Shown: positions 11,489 to 24,747 of the stretch, piece after piece
Layout of the letters: every line of letters begins with the position of its first letter
Position numbering within the stretch: position 1 is the stretch's first letter
DNA from: Octopus bimaculoides
Lineage: Eukaryota
NCBI RefSeq assembly: GCF_001194135.2
Contig: NC_068981.1
Span: 161,376,386-161,440,385 of the forward strand
Reading direction: 5' to 3'
DNA length: 64,000 nucleotides
Program-made: the position numbers and the translations under genes
Notes under the pieces: model-generated
The model's database searches: none
The model's input: only the letters and a program-made list of their open reading frames with translations
Told to the model about the DNA's origin: nothing

Positions 11489-12225
11489 TAAACTACTAAG
11501 ACTCAAATGAATGAGGGAGCTTCTGTGCAGTCACTGGAAATTGAAGAATTAGAAACCAAATCTCTCATCACATCTAACCATCATAAAAAAAAAAAAAATA
11601 AAAAAAAAATAAAGTGCCTTTGATTAAAGATCTGCTCAATTTGTGCTGATCTAGGGTTAAACAACAACAACAACAACAAGCACTGATGACTGAGTGTGTG
11701 AGAGAGAAAAAGAGAAGCAGGAAGAGATCTAATTCACAGAAGTGTGTGAGCCAAAGCTTGTTATTAATAAAGAGACCAGTTACTGGAAGATTGAGTGTAG
11801 AAGCATACACACAGACATCCATGCACAAACATAAACCATAGCATGGAGGGAATATATTATGACTGCTGTATATACATACAATGCAAAAGTCAATGAGTTT
11901 AATAATGTAGGAATAATCAGTATTAATAAGACAATTAATTGTATATAAAGTATAATGATAACCACCTACTATATATACATCATCATCATCGTTTTAATTT
12001 TTTTACTTGTTACAGGCATCTGACCATGACCATGCTGGAGCACTGCCATTAGTCGAACAAATCGACCCAAGGACTTATTATTTCTCAGACTAGTACTTAC
12101 TCTACTGGTCTCTTTTGCCGAACCACTAAGTTATGGGGACACAAACAAACCAACACCAGTTGTCAAGTGATGGTGGGGGACAAAACACAGACACAGACAC
12201 ACACACACATATATATATATATATA

Positions 12226-12867
12226 NNNNNNNNNNNNNNNNNNNNNNNNNNNNNNNNNNNNNNNNNNNNNNNNNNNNNNNNNNNNNNNNNNNNNNNNNNN
12301 NNNNNNNNNNNNNNNNNNNNNNNNNNNNNNNNNNNNNNNNNNNNNNNNNNNNNNNNNNNNNNNNNNNNNNNNNNNNNNNNNNNNNNNNNNNNNNNNNNNN
12401 NNNNNNNNNNNNNNNNNNNNNNNNNNNNNNNNNNNNNNNNNNNNNNNNNNNNNNNNNNNNNNNNNNNNNNNNNNNNNNNNNNNNNNNNNNNNNNNNNNNN
12501 NNNNNNNNNNNNNNNNNNNNNNNNNNNNNNNNNNNNNNNNNNNNNNNNNNNNNNNNNNNNNNNNNNNNNNNNNNNNNNNNNNNNNNNNNNNNNNNNNNNN
12601 NNNNNNNNNNNNNNNNNNNNNNNNNNNNNNNNNNNNNNNNNNNNNNNNNNNNNNNNNNNNNNNNNNNNNNNNNNNNNNNNNNNNNNNNNNNNNNNNNNNN
12701 NNNNNNNNNNNNNNNNNNNNNNNNNNNNNNNNNNNNNNNNNNNNNNNNNNNNNNNNNNNNNNNNNNNNNNNNNNNNNNNNNNNNNNNNNNNNNNNNNNNN
12801 NNNNNNNNNNNNNNNNNNNNNNNNNNNNNNNNNNNNNNNNNNNNNNNNNNNNNNNNNNNNNNNNNNN
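12226..12867. other. Assembly gap (642 N)
   Basis: Run of N. Confidence 1.
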
Positions 12868-12979
12868 GACGCCAGTGCTGCCTGACGCCAGTGCTGCCTG
12901 ACGCCAGTGCTGCCTGACGCCAGTGCTGCCTGACGCCAGTGCTGCCTGACGCCAGTGCTGCCTGACGCCAGTGCTGCCT
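12868..12979 (+). repeat. Minisatellite (GACGCCAGTGCTGCCT)x7
   Basis: Seven perfect 16-bp head-to-tail copies with no spacers, running into the gap. Confidence 0.95.
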
Positions 12980-13245
12980 GACTGGCATCCATGCTAGTGA
13001 CACGTAATAAGCATCATTCAGGTGTGGGTCGATGCCAGTGCTGCCCAACTGGGTCCCCATGCCGGTGGCACATAAAATGCATCCGCTCTCAGAATGGTTG
13101 GTGTTAGGAAGAGCATCCAGCTGTAGAAACCTTGTCAGATCAGATTGGAGGCTGGTGCAGCCTACTGGCTTCCCAGACCTCAGTCAAATTGTCCAACTCA
13201 TGCCAGCATGGAAAAATGGATGTTAAATCATCATCATCAATGATG
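12868..13245 (+). mobile_element. RTE-type LINE 3' UTR and tail
   Basis: ...GGTTGGTGTTAGGAAGAGCATCCAGCTGTAGAAACC...CCAACTCATGCCAGCATGGAAAAATGGATGTTAAA followed by CAT/GAT repeats; homologous to the reverse complement of 44782-45000. Confidence 0.85.
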
Positions 13246-13744
13246 ATAATATATATATATGATGGGCTTCTTTCAGTTCTTGTCTGCCAAATCCACTCAC
13301 AAGGCTTTGATTCGTCTGAGGCTATAGGAGAAGACACTTGCTAAAGGTACCACACAGTGGGACTGAACCCAGAACCATGTGGTTGGGAAGCAAACTTCTT
13401 ACCACAATGTCACATTTCTATTCTTGCATGGGTCAAATGGAATTTGTTGAGGGAGATTTTCTATGGCTAGATGCCTTTCCCATTGCCAACCCTTATCTGC
13501 TTTCAAGTGAGTTAATATTTCACCATGGCCAGACATGTTTTTGCAGAATATTGGAAATGAATGACATTCATTTACAACTATCACATTGCCGTCAGGACAA
13601 GGAGACACAAACACACATGCACTGAGCTTCTTTCAGTTTTTGCCTACCAAATCCACTCATAAGGCTTTGGTTGATCCAGAGTTAGAATAGAAGACATTTG
13701 CCTAAGGTGCTTCATAGTAGGAATGAACTTGAAACCATTGGTGA

Positions 13745-13860
13745 CATGTTATGCTTGAGAAGACCTGTCAAGCTAAGTGAAATCATGGTCATGGCTGATG
13801 CTGGTGTCATGTAATTGGTACCCACACTGGTGACATATAAAAAGTACATCCAGCAATAGA
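13745..13860 (+). mobile_element. RTE-type LINE fragment (RT C-terminus/3' UTR junction)
   Basis: ATGCTTGAGAAGACCTGTCAAGCTAAGTGA (MLEKTCQAK*) matches the end VREKTRQAK* of the copy at 45177. Confidence 0.7.
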
Positions 13861-15194
13861 ATTGAAGTAGAATACACGAAGCCTGTACGTACTTTCTTTC
13901 CAACTGTCACCAATAAAAATGGAAAGTTTGTTTATCTTATTTGTTTTTACTAAAATCTCATTTGTTAGTTGCATTCATTTATGTATCACAGTCATGCACT
14001 GCATGCCTTAAGTTCATGCAAGAAGAAGAAGAACAACAACAACACAAACAACATCCACTGCTGCCATCACCACAACAACAACAACCAAGTGAGAACATTT
14101 CTAAATAGAGATGCAAAGATGTATTTAAATTGAGGATGCACAGCTCATCAGGCATGCAATTTTCATTCCAATAAGAAGCATTTGTGCTATTATATATATA
14201 TATATATATAAAAGAAAAGAAGCCCTAACATGACATATAACAACCCAATATAGCGGAAAACTAACTAATTAAGAAAAACACCTACAACCAAAAATCACCT
14301 ACCAAAGATAGTAAAATTAGGAAAAATTCCCTGAGAGAAGCTGCCATTTCAGAACAGAATATGGAGGACATGATGATAAAGACAAAATGTTAAGTGAAAA
14401 TATGCTACACATATTACACACGGTTGTTTTAAAGAATTGAAAATAAAGAATCTCAAAAAGCAAGAACACATAATCTTGTTATTCCAAATGAAATAAACTA
14501 ACATTAATGAACAAAGCAAAAAAGTAATCTGACATAGCTAGTTCTCTCGCTATATTAGCTTATGGATCAATCAATTAACTATACACAACTTTATTTACTG
14601 TATTAAATATAGGTATCAACACCTAAAACAGAAATTAGCCAACATATTTTAAAACTGTTGACAAATAAAAAGAAAAGAAGACAAGAAACAAATCTAAGAA
14701 AGAAAAAAAAAATCACTTTTTAACTTTTTATTTTGCAGTAGTAACCACAAATAAATACGTGTGTATGTGTGTTTGTGTGGTTTCCACTGTGGCAGTTGCT
14801 ATATATATTTGACAGTAAGCAGCAGTACATTTTCTTTCAGTATTTAAATTTGATATTAAATGGAAACATGCCTGAAGATGCGCATTTCTAAATGTAGAAT
14901 CATTATAAGTAAAATACACACAAAAATTTTCTTGATATCACTGCATTCAAGAAGCACAAAATAATAGTGCTATTAAGAAGTATGTTCTGGAATGTGTACA
15001 AAGATATATAACATACTCTTCAAAATATATTTCAGTAGCAAATAGGCAAGTTCTTTAAGTGTAAAAGTTTAAAAAACCCTTTTATGACCATATTTATGGA
15101 ATACATTGTCTTTACATTTCATTTCACTTTAAAAATAATTCAGAATTCATAGAAGTTCAATAAAATAAACATTTTCGTTATCAACCCAGTGTAA

Positions 15195-15403
15195 GGCAGC
15201 AAGCAGAGAGATGCATTAGCACAAAATGCATAATGGTATTTTGTCTATCTTTGTGCTCTGAGTTCAAATTTCACTGAGGTTGACTTTGCCTTTCGTCCTT
15301 TTGTGGTTGATGAAATAAGTACAAGTTGAACAATCTGACTAATGTAATCAACTAGCCACTCTCCACAAAATTTCAGGCTTTGTACCTACAGGAGAAATGA
15401 TTA
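15195..15403 (+). mobile_element. SINE family B copy
   Basis: GTAAGGCAGC...CTGAGTTCAAATTTCACTGAGGTTGACTTTGCCTTTCGTCCTTTTGTGGTTGATGAAATAAGTAC. Confidence 0.7.
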
Positions 15404-15407
15404 TTAA

Positions 15408-15627
15408 CCCTTTCGTTACCAACCCGGCTGAAACCGGCTCTGGCTTTGAGTACAAATGTCTTGTTTTCAAAAGTCTTGATTTAAAATCTTCCACCAAACC
15501 TTAGTCATAATTTATGTTCCTAACACTAACTGAATGATAACTAAGTTATTTTACTAAATTCTTTGTTATATTTAAAGTAATTGAAAGAAACATAGAACAT
15601 CTCAAAATAAATACAGTAATGAAAGGG
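15408..15627. mobile_element. piggyBac-like MITE (~220 bp)
   Basis: TTAA-CCCTTTCGTTAC at left; GTAATGAAAGGG followed by GTAA at right (rc CCCTTTCATTAC, 11/12 match; right TTAA mutated). Confidence 0.75.
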
Positions 15628-17522
15628 GTAAACCTGGAACATGACAACTGAACAAAAAAGGGAAAGCAACAATTTAGATGATTGATCTTATGTTGGTTGA
15701 AGAATATTTGGCTGTTCAATCATTTGAAGTACCAACTTGTTAAGGTAGTGTACAAGTGGCTGAGTATTCCAAAGAAAAGAGTACCTTTCATGTAATTATA
15801 AGGCATAATCCACTTGACACAATGTGTGTAACAAAGCCATACTGTCCAATAAATACAGAGAGAATCCATCTGATAAGCATTGATACTATTTCACTTGCTT
15901 ACTTGAATGAAGTTTTGTATAAAAAGAGACAGTCTCAGTTAATACACTTAAGGGGATACTGTACAACTGAGTAAATGCAGGTCCTTTTCCTAGTTGCAAC
16001 TACTTTTTATTTTATGTTGTTAATGCCATTATGAAAAGCTAATTACCAACTGGTGTACAGTCCTGTTCACAAGAAGCAATTTATTTATTCTTTTTCTATT
16101 TATACCTGAGATGCATGAAACAAAACAAAATATTGATTATTTAATTGACTGATTATTTGACAGATTAAAAATCAAAGCTTTTTATCAGATTTATACAGTG
16201 ACTTTAATCAGATATTTGGTCACAGATGCAGGAAGAAAATAAAAAAAAACAAACAAACAGTAAGTCTTATTTGTTTCTTTTTTTATTTTTACCTTTAAGG
16301 CTTCATTTTAATTAAATTAGAATTTTAATAGCTTCCCAGAAAATCATTTTGCCAATCTGATCTTATATTTAGAAAACCACAGCAATACCTATATTGTTGA
16401 TATCTTTAAATGAATCTACAAGTCAGAAGTGGTATATTCTACTTGAAGGAAGTCACTGAGTGAGTCATTTCTCAAACCTTGTGTGTATTGTGTGTGTGTA
16501 GTTATCACGTTTCATGTTGGTATGAGTTGGACAGTTAGGTAAGATCCAGTGGGTTCAATATTTTAAATGATGTTTTCTAACATAAGCTCTGAATCACATA
16601 TTTTGGAGGTGTATAATCTTATATTATAAAAGTCAAGTTGATCTCCTTCTGTCCATCCATCACAACATATATGTAGAAAGAGGGAAGAAGAGGAGGGGGA
16701 AAGTTGTTGAGAAAGAGTGAGTGTGAAAGCTAGATAGATAGATAGTGCTGTCACCATAGTAACTAACAAGTTTTGGTTAAAAATGTGGGAATTTTATGCA
16801 CATGTCTGTCAACACACATGTTGTGTTGGAGACCAGCTTACTTTTATAATATAAGATTGTCCAACAGTGTTTAAATGGTTATTAATCTTCACTGAGAAAG
16901 TCAATCTAAACATTATTTGATGATTAACAAATGTTTTTACCAGCAGCATAGTGATGGGTAACAACCTAGTTGATCATAAAACTGACTTATCCACACTTGA
17001 CTGGATAGAAGGCAAAACCTAACCTCAGCAGGATTTGAGCTGAAAACATGAAAGGTGTGACTAAATATTGTAAGCCATTTGACCAGTCATTCTACTGATA
17101 TTACCAACCAATAACCAAAGTTAGTATGTTTAATATTATCCAAGAACAGCTAAGTCTCCCATAGAGTAAATAAATTGAATATAGTCTACATAATGTAATG
17201 TTAATGTGTATTTGTTTTGATGTAAATGATGTGCACAGACATATTCAGATATTCAGGGAAAGGTGAATTCAGTGTATGAACAGAAGGAAAATATGTAGCA
17301 GCAGTATACATTATATATATTTAAAGAGAGTTTGTCTCCTTGTTCAATTTTCAAATGTATATATACATTTGATTGTTTCGATTCCAGACCTTTATAAATT
17401 AACTACCATAATTAAAACCACTTAATAGTCAAATCTCATCAGAGTTGGCTAAAGATATACAATTAGGTGTTCATATTCCTGCTTGTTGAGTATACGGCTC
17501 CAAACAGTTTGTGTGTGTGTGT

Positions 17523-17530
17523 GAGAGAGA

Positions 17531-17594
<64 letters not shown>
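17523..17594. repeat. (GA)n microsatellite
   Basis: Near-perfect GA run following (GT)n. Confidence 0.95.
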
Positions 17595-17598
<4 letters not shown>

Positions 17599-17757
17599 TT
17601 ATTTTTATTTAACAGCCATGTTCCATGCCAGTGAAGGTTAGATGGTTTTATATAACTGTAACTCTGAGCCTTGTAAGAATTCATACAGAATATGACAACT
17701 CAACTGACCAAAATTAACGAGAGACAAATTATAATAAAGTTCCTATTGCTTCCAATG

Positions 17758-17791
<34 letters not shown>

Positions 17792-18748
17792 CCATTAGAA
17801 CAGAACAACCAAGAATAATATGTCTAGACAACAGATACTGCATTGGTACTGATGGGTATTGCAAAATATTATTAATCTTTCAGCTCCTTGATGATGCTTA
17901 ATGTGTACACATTTTTTATTTTAATAAGTACATATGTTCAGTTTGGCAAAAATAATGTTGCCACACTGTCTGAAATAGACAAAGCTACAATAATTTCAAT
18001 AAACTTGTTTTGCTTTTTAATGTTCCATATATGTACCAGTATATGTGAGAGGAATTCAACTAGAACTCTTTAAATTTGTCAAATAAAGACATAGATATCA
18101 TTCTAAATTAAGAGAAGCTAACCAAATAAATAAATAAACTACCAGCATTAAACGAATTTGATTGAAATATTATTAGCATATGACAGACAAATGACGAATT
18201 AAATTGCTCGTTGCCAAACAAGTTGAAATGAAAGCTGTTTGTCAGAATGTTAAGCGAAAACATTGTTTTCTCTGCCAATGCTTTCAATGAAGCAGCTTCA
18301 TTTAATCTGTATTGATTACATGGAATGCTATGGAGAGGTAAATAACATGCATGTATCAATAAAGTAGTTTTTTAACCTCACATAGTAAAAGAGTTTAATT
18401 GAATTCGGAACAAATTATGTATATGAAGAGAGGGAAATGTTAAAACTATAAAAACGACAATAAAAAAAGACATTGTAGAAGAAATGTTTGTAAAAATTTG
18501 TCTTCCATTCAAGTAGATCATAAAAATGAAGATGTTAGCTACAGGAACAGGAATAAACATGGTGGATAGGAGTTGATGAAAGAGAATAAATATAAGCAAG
18601 TTGTTGTTTCATCTTTATCCTAGCCCCAGTCAAGTAGAAAATGATCAAAGGTATTCTAGTCATGACCATATACTAACCGCAACCCAGACAATATACTGAG
18701 GGCTACATTCTCCATTATCCTTTATGAGTTAATAAGAAGGAAGAAATA

Positions 18749-18964
18749 GGCGGTGAGCTGGCAGAAACATTAGCACGCTGGGTGAAATGCTAAGCGGTAT
18801 TTTGTCTGTCTTTATGTTCTGAGTTCAAATTCCGCTGAGGTCAACTTTGCCTTTTACCCTTTCGGGGTCGATAAATTAAGTACCAGTTGCATACTGGGAT
18901 TGATCTAATTGACTGGCCCCCTCCCCAAAACATTTTGGGCCTTGTGCCTAGAGTAGAAAAGAAT
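18749..18964 (+). mobile_element. SINE family B, best-preserved copy (tRNA-like head plus Meta/MESC-like block)
   Basis: GGCGGTGAGCTGGCAGAAAC (A-box-like) and GAGTTCAAATTCC (B box), then GTCAACTTTGCCTTTTACCCTTTCGGGGTCGATAAATTAAGTACCAG, which resembles the Meta/MESC SINE central domain (domain name is from recall). Confidence 0.85.
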
Positions 18965-21900
18965 AAGAAGGAAGAAAGTAAGTAAAAGGGAAAAACATGT
19001 GGTTTAAAGATTAGGCTACTATTTCTAGCAGGTTTAAGCAACATGAAAAAGCTTGAAATGTAATGTAAATAAGTCATCGGAGCATGTAACACACTATTAT
19101 TGATTTAGTATAACAGCAATGTATATATTGTATTGTTATCTTTGTGAATTAGCGTACATTTAAATACTATATTATAGCTTTGTAAAATACAATGTAATTT
19201 TCAATACTACTTCAATAATGCATAATGATGCACTTCAGAATAATTTTTCACTTAGCTCTTTCTGAGAGCTAAGAAACACTTCAACTGTGAACACTTGCCA
19301 ACTCACTTGACTTGTATCTGACCGATTAAGAAATCTTCTCTTATCTCAAAACACCCTCAATTTCATGAACCTATAAAGTGATGTGTACTTTCTTATTTTC
19401 TTCTGATGCTTCTGTACAAGACTCCATATATTTTCCATTATTTCATCTCACACAATGCAGCCAGGTCTCTACTCTTCAACACTCATATGCTATTTCTTTT
19501 TGTGTAGACTCAGAATCAAATATTTTGTGCAGTCCTTCAATCCACACCTAATGGAACTTTATTCCCACATGCTGTGATATTATGAGTATGTTTAACAACA
19601 CCAATCTCTCTGGTTCTCAGAAGGGAAAAAAAATAAAACACCTTAACACTCTCCCAAAGTGGGTTCCATTCAAACATTTTGAGATTCTGCAAGATAAGGT
19701 GTCTTTTAAACGAAATTTAATAAAAATTTATTCTTTTAAAAAATAAATAAGTGGTATTCATCATTTCAAAGTAATTTGTTTATGTTACATGAATAAATTC
19801 TCTCTCAAAGAGGTTTTTTTTTTCCATTTAATGTCTGAGGTGCCAAGGGTCTATAAAATACAAAGGTAGGTTCTGTGGTAGTTTAAAAGTTGTATAGGGG
19901 TTATACAACAAACAAAGCTTCGGAACTGCAGCTCTAAGCCTATGAATATCATTGCAATATGTAGTAACAGTGAAAAATAAAGATGAATAACATGCTAAAA
20001 CAACATTGGATCACCACTTTCAACAGTCTGCAGTATATTATATAACATGACAATTTCATAACTGTCTCACAGAAACTCCCTAAATAACATTTATAACTTA
20101 AATGTCTGCAGTCACAATTACAATTTTGCTAAGTGTTAATTTGTGTAGCTTAGAAATTATTGTGCAGTGATAATGCAAAAACACTACATGCTTATGATGT
20201 CCATTGAATTTGATGATGACCATCTCCTTTAATTGTGTGTGAATGCTTTGGTGACTGCAGTGGCAACAGAGGACACAAACAACCACAAAGATGACCAGAC
20301 AATCATAGTTGTTACTACCTATGCTACACCAACTGGGTACCCTTACAAGCAAGGAAATCACAGAAGGGAGTGATATTTCATTACCAATGACTTGTGTAAT
20401 ATCTCAGCTACTGCAACAACAACTACCCTGAGATTCAACATGAGTCATTGAGAGTTCATTTCTCAGTATCACTACCTTTGCTGTAAAAAGAGATAAGAAT
20501 GATCTTCAAGCAACTGATGTCCCCTCAGATCTCAGGTTAGTGGAAATCCAGTAACACACACACACATATGTTATGTGCTGAATAAACAAAAACAGGATAA
20601 GAAATACTTAGAATAGCAAATTCAAATTTAAATATTGGATTATATTTTTATCTATTTATATAATGTTTGAAGGATATTGGATTGCTGTTATGAACAAGAC
20701 AATCACAGAGACTTTGTGATTAATTCACTGATATTATTGGAGTAGCAGCAGAGTTTACAGATCGATACTTAACTGTTCTGAAATGCAATCCTCTCAGAGC
20801 AATCTTGCTTTACATAGTCTCAGAGGTCTTACAAATCAAGTAGCAATAATGAAAATGCCTAATGAAATAAAACTTTAAGCAATTGGCGGGCTAAAATTCA
20901 AGACATTATCATTTACCCTCTTGAACTAGAACACACACACGACATGCATATATACAACACATGCAGGCCAACATATATAGACAGTGTCCCTGCCATTATA
21001 TCAGATACCATAGTAATGGAGGTGGTCAATGCCACACTGAAGGAATACAAGGGGATAACAAGAACAAATCAACAAAGACAAAATTAGTGGGCCTGGAAAT
21101 CAGAACTGGACTGGCAAGTCCATGCCAGTCAGCATTGTGAGTCACTGGACTGTTAGTACTATTAAAGAGCTTTGAGACTGGTTCAGGCCAGACCTCCAGG
21201 AGAATGGGAATGAAGACGGGGTTATAAGCTGGGTGACTTGTGTCACTTAAAAAGAGCTGAATAAAGCTATCTCTGAAAGGTTGACAGAGATGGTGAATGC
21301 ATACAACACCTCTATTATCTATTATGCTCTGACAGTTGTATGTTGTCCTGCTTTAAATCCAACAGACTGGAGCATCTGGTCTTTCACTCCTTGTGAAAAG
21401 GAAATGTTGCAGTGGTTAGAAGATGGCTCGGAATATTGCAGATGATGCACAAGCATGTGCTAAGGAATTGGCATCTGTTGAAATTCCTGGACAGAGAGGT
21501 GTAATCACTAATTTTGAGGCATATTCTCCTGCAGCTTGTCTTTTAGACTGGGTAGCAAGAATTAAAAAAAAATTGAAACAAGAAAAAGCAATTAACACTC
21601 CATTCATTCATATCATCTCTTCAACTCCATCCTCTGATAGTGGTAGGGGTAGTAGAATACAGCTTATTTCAATGATAAAATAAACTTCCTTGCTAAACTG
21701 ACACACTTGCTATTTACATTCACAGCGGTGATTTTGAAAAAAGTTTGATAACATATACACACATTGAGGGTATCTTATTCTTAGTTTCAATGAATAATTT
21801 TTATTCACAGAACAAAATAAACCAAGATGGTATCAAAACAAATATACACATGTGCATGCATGCACAATGAGTGGATCACCATCCTAAATGTGTAGAAGTA

Positions 21901-22398
21901 TTGGGATAATTAAATTAATCATTATCATGTTAAGTATTATATTCAGAGACTTAGACTGCAGTAAATAATAATTAAAAAAAAAGGTACTCAAGCTTGATGA
22001 GAAACAACCTAGGCTAGAATGTAAAATTGGTCAAATAAGATGAGGTTATGTGCTGTGGAGAAGGAGGGGGAAATTTGATGGGGTTTTTTTTTTAAAGATA
22101 TATAGCATAAGTTTGCAGTGGATACCATAAATGTAATTGAGGAAAGTCAGAAAAAAGTAGGGTTAAGTAGAGAAGGCCAGGCATAATTGGGTTGTAGGTC
22201 AATGGCCTCATTGGCTGCCGTCACACACATACACATATACATATGCAAACAAACATATACTACTAATTATTGTTCAGTAACAAACAGCCTTATATCATTA
22301 TGTAAATAAGCTGTGTCAGCAAGACCCAGGCTGCTGTAATGACTCTCAACTCTTTGTGGGCACTAATTTCACAGCAAACCTAAATACATACGACTATC

Positions 22399-22641
22399 CT
22401 TTTATTCTTTCACTTGTTTCAGTCATTTGACTGTGGCTATGCTGGGGCACCACCTTAAATGGTTTTAGTCACAGATATTGACCTCAAGACCCATTCTTTA
22501 TAAGCCTAGTACTTATTCTATCGGACTCTTTTGCCAAACTGCTAACGTACAGGAACATAAACATACCAGCATCGGTTGTAAAGCAATAGGGTGGGGTGGG
22601 GTGAAAGAGAAACATGGAACCACACACACATAAATATAGAC

Positions 22642-22674
<33 letters not shown>

Positions 22675-22859
22675 TATATATATATATCTGGTATATAATG
22701 GACTTCTTTCAGTTTCCATCTACTAAATCAACTCACAAGGCTTTGGTCGACCCAAGGCTATAGTAGAAGACACTTGCCCAAGGTACCACACAGTGGGACT
22801 GAACCCAGAACCATGTGGTTGGGAAGCAAGCTTTTTACCACACAGCCACACTTGTGCCT
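22399..22859 (-). mobile_element. SINE family A, full length with internal (TA)n
   Basis: Tail, internal (CA)/(TA) tract at ~22620-22697, CORE-like block (GACACTTGCCCAAGGT) and head (GCAAGCTTTTTACCACACAGCC) all present. Confidence 0.88.
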
Positions 22860-23039
22860 ATATATATAAATCATGTGTGTGTATTATTTTTATATTTTCT
22901 CAATTCTTGCATGTCTATTTCTTTTTACACTTGTAATCTGACTGGTCTGTTATCACTTTGAATACTTTATATGTGTACATTTAAACACACAGAGCAGGAT
23001 GTTAAGAAGGTAGAAAGACAAATTTCTATGTAGATGTGT

Positions 23040-23679
23040 GCACACAGATGCAACACGAACATTTCAAAGTCTTTGGGTGTCAACCTGAGGACATGTACCA
23101 AGAGTGATTACTAATGATGGCAATTTTATGCCTCCATTCATCTTTTCACATGGCCTCAAACTCAACACAGAGACCTACATCAAGTGCCTGGAGAAGGTAG
23201 TGCTGCCCTGGGTCAAGAGGGTGGCTGCTGGAAGACCCTATGTCTGGCAACAGGATTCTGCACCATGCCACACAACCAGGAGAACCCAATCATGACTGTC
23301 AGACAATTTCTGCAACCACATCACCCCTAACATCTGGCCACCTAACTCCCCAGACTGCAATCCCCTTGATTATTATGTGTGGGGTGCAGTTGAGTGAGTG
23401 ACCAACAAAACTCCTTGTAACACCAAAGATGAACTGAAGGCAAGGATTATGGCAGCATTCACCAACTTAAACAAGGAGACCATCCAGAAGAGTTGCAGGA
23501 GATTCTGAAGTCGTCTGGAGCCTGTGATTGAAGCCAATGGCGATTTTATTGAATAAATTTTCTCTTTGGTATTTCAAGATATTTTTATGTAATTTTGGTA
23601 AACATATCTGTTAAAATGAGTTGTCAGTGTTATTTTCATGTTTGCGTAATTTAGATGACAGTTTATTCACTGCACCCTG
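23040..23679 (+). pseudogene. Decayed, internally deleted DD37D (maT-type) Tc1/mariner transposon
   Basis: 23104-23556 reads VITNDGNFMPPFIF...VWQQDSAPCHTTRRTQS*LSDNFCNHITPNIWPPNSPDCNPLDYYVWGAVE*...VIEANGDFIE*, with 37 residues between QQD and the D of NPLD. 3' end ...TGCACCCTG-TA at 23679. Confidence 0.92.
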
Positions 23680-24747
23680 TATATATAGCATATCAAACTA
23701 CAAAGGGATGGGTGATATTTTAGTAAATAATGGTAAAAAGAATCTAACACAGAATACATTAATTAATCTTCCAAACATACAAGGACTCAATATAAGTAGT
23801 TGCTGAGAGTTTATTTACTCCTGTATGATCTCACTTTTGTGTGCTTATTCAGGAAATTAAATGCTATCTCATTACACATCGTGTCTCTTTCTCTCCCTTT
23901 CTCTCTCCATTGTATATAGAGTTGTATATCAAATGATGTTTTAATCACTGGCCTATACCCATATGTATCAAACATTTACAAATAAAGAGAGGGGTGAGAG
24001 AGAGAGAGAGAGATATACAGGCATACAGGTACATATCATCTTTCTTCCTCACCTAACCGACAGAAGAAATATTATTTAATGACCTTATAAAATTGCTACT
24101 TTGTTATATTTTATTGGAAGAACAGTTTCAGTATCGGCTGGTAAGAATAACTCAAGTTTATACAAGTGGCTGGTTGCTAGGGAACAAGAGACAGAGATAT
24201 CTTCTGTTAAAAGAGAACGCTCATTGATAAATATGTACATACACATACATCAAGTGCTTGCACACATCTAGTTTAGTCAGTGTTAGCATATTTAAGGTAG
24301 TGAGCATTAAATGCCTAATTAGAAAAAGTTAAGCAGTGAATTTTGTTATATCTTGGGAGGGTCATTATGTCTATAATAAAGGCATATACTGGTTCTATTT
24401 CATTTCTTTATTATTTGTCAATTGGTTAACATTTAACCAATTAACTCATTGATTGTTTGATTAATTGTTAAGTCAGTCAGTCAATCAAATCAATCAATCC
24501 ACTGTGTTTTGTCAGGGTAAACTGTAATGAGTTACGGTTGGTAGGTATTCACTTTTTATGACAAAAGTTGTAAAATATAAACTTTAATTCGTTCATTTCA
24601 AATTTTGATAAAATTTGCTAATGAGGAGAGACAAGTTCCGAAGGTAGCCCTTAACAAGTCCTTTTGTTGCTGTTCGTGACCTCATCAATGACACGCCTTC
24701 TCTACTCCAAGTCTAAAAGGAATTATGCACTGAAGAATGATAATTAA

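Larger units (their letters stand above)
11998..13388 (-). mobile_element. SINE family A copy split by an RTE insertion and an assembly gap
   Basis: A-tail half at 11998-12225 ends in (CA)(TA)n. A-head half at ~13255-13388 begins with (TA)n. Both are in the same orientation, with the gap and an RTE 3' UTR between them. Confidence 0.7.

Noticed and set aside
12868-12979. CRISPR-like array
   Set aside because: Identical 16-bp units are head-to-tail with no spacers, there are no cas genes, and the unit derives from an RTE 3' UTR motif.
12126-13060. Long ORFs of 244-309 aa (also 29094-29614 and 61051-61476)
   Set aside because: They are open only because they read through N gaps.
16389-16415. 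27-nt minus-strand microexon candidate (DSFKDINNI)
   Set aside because: AG/GT flanks and an open frame, but the donor GTATTG is mediocre and such matches are expected by chance; needs RNA-seq.
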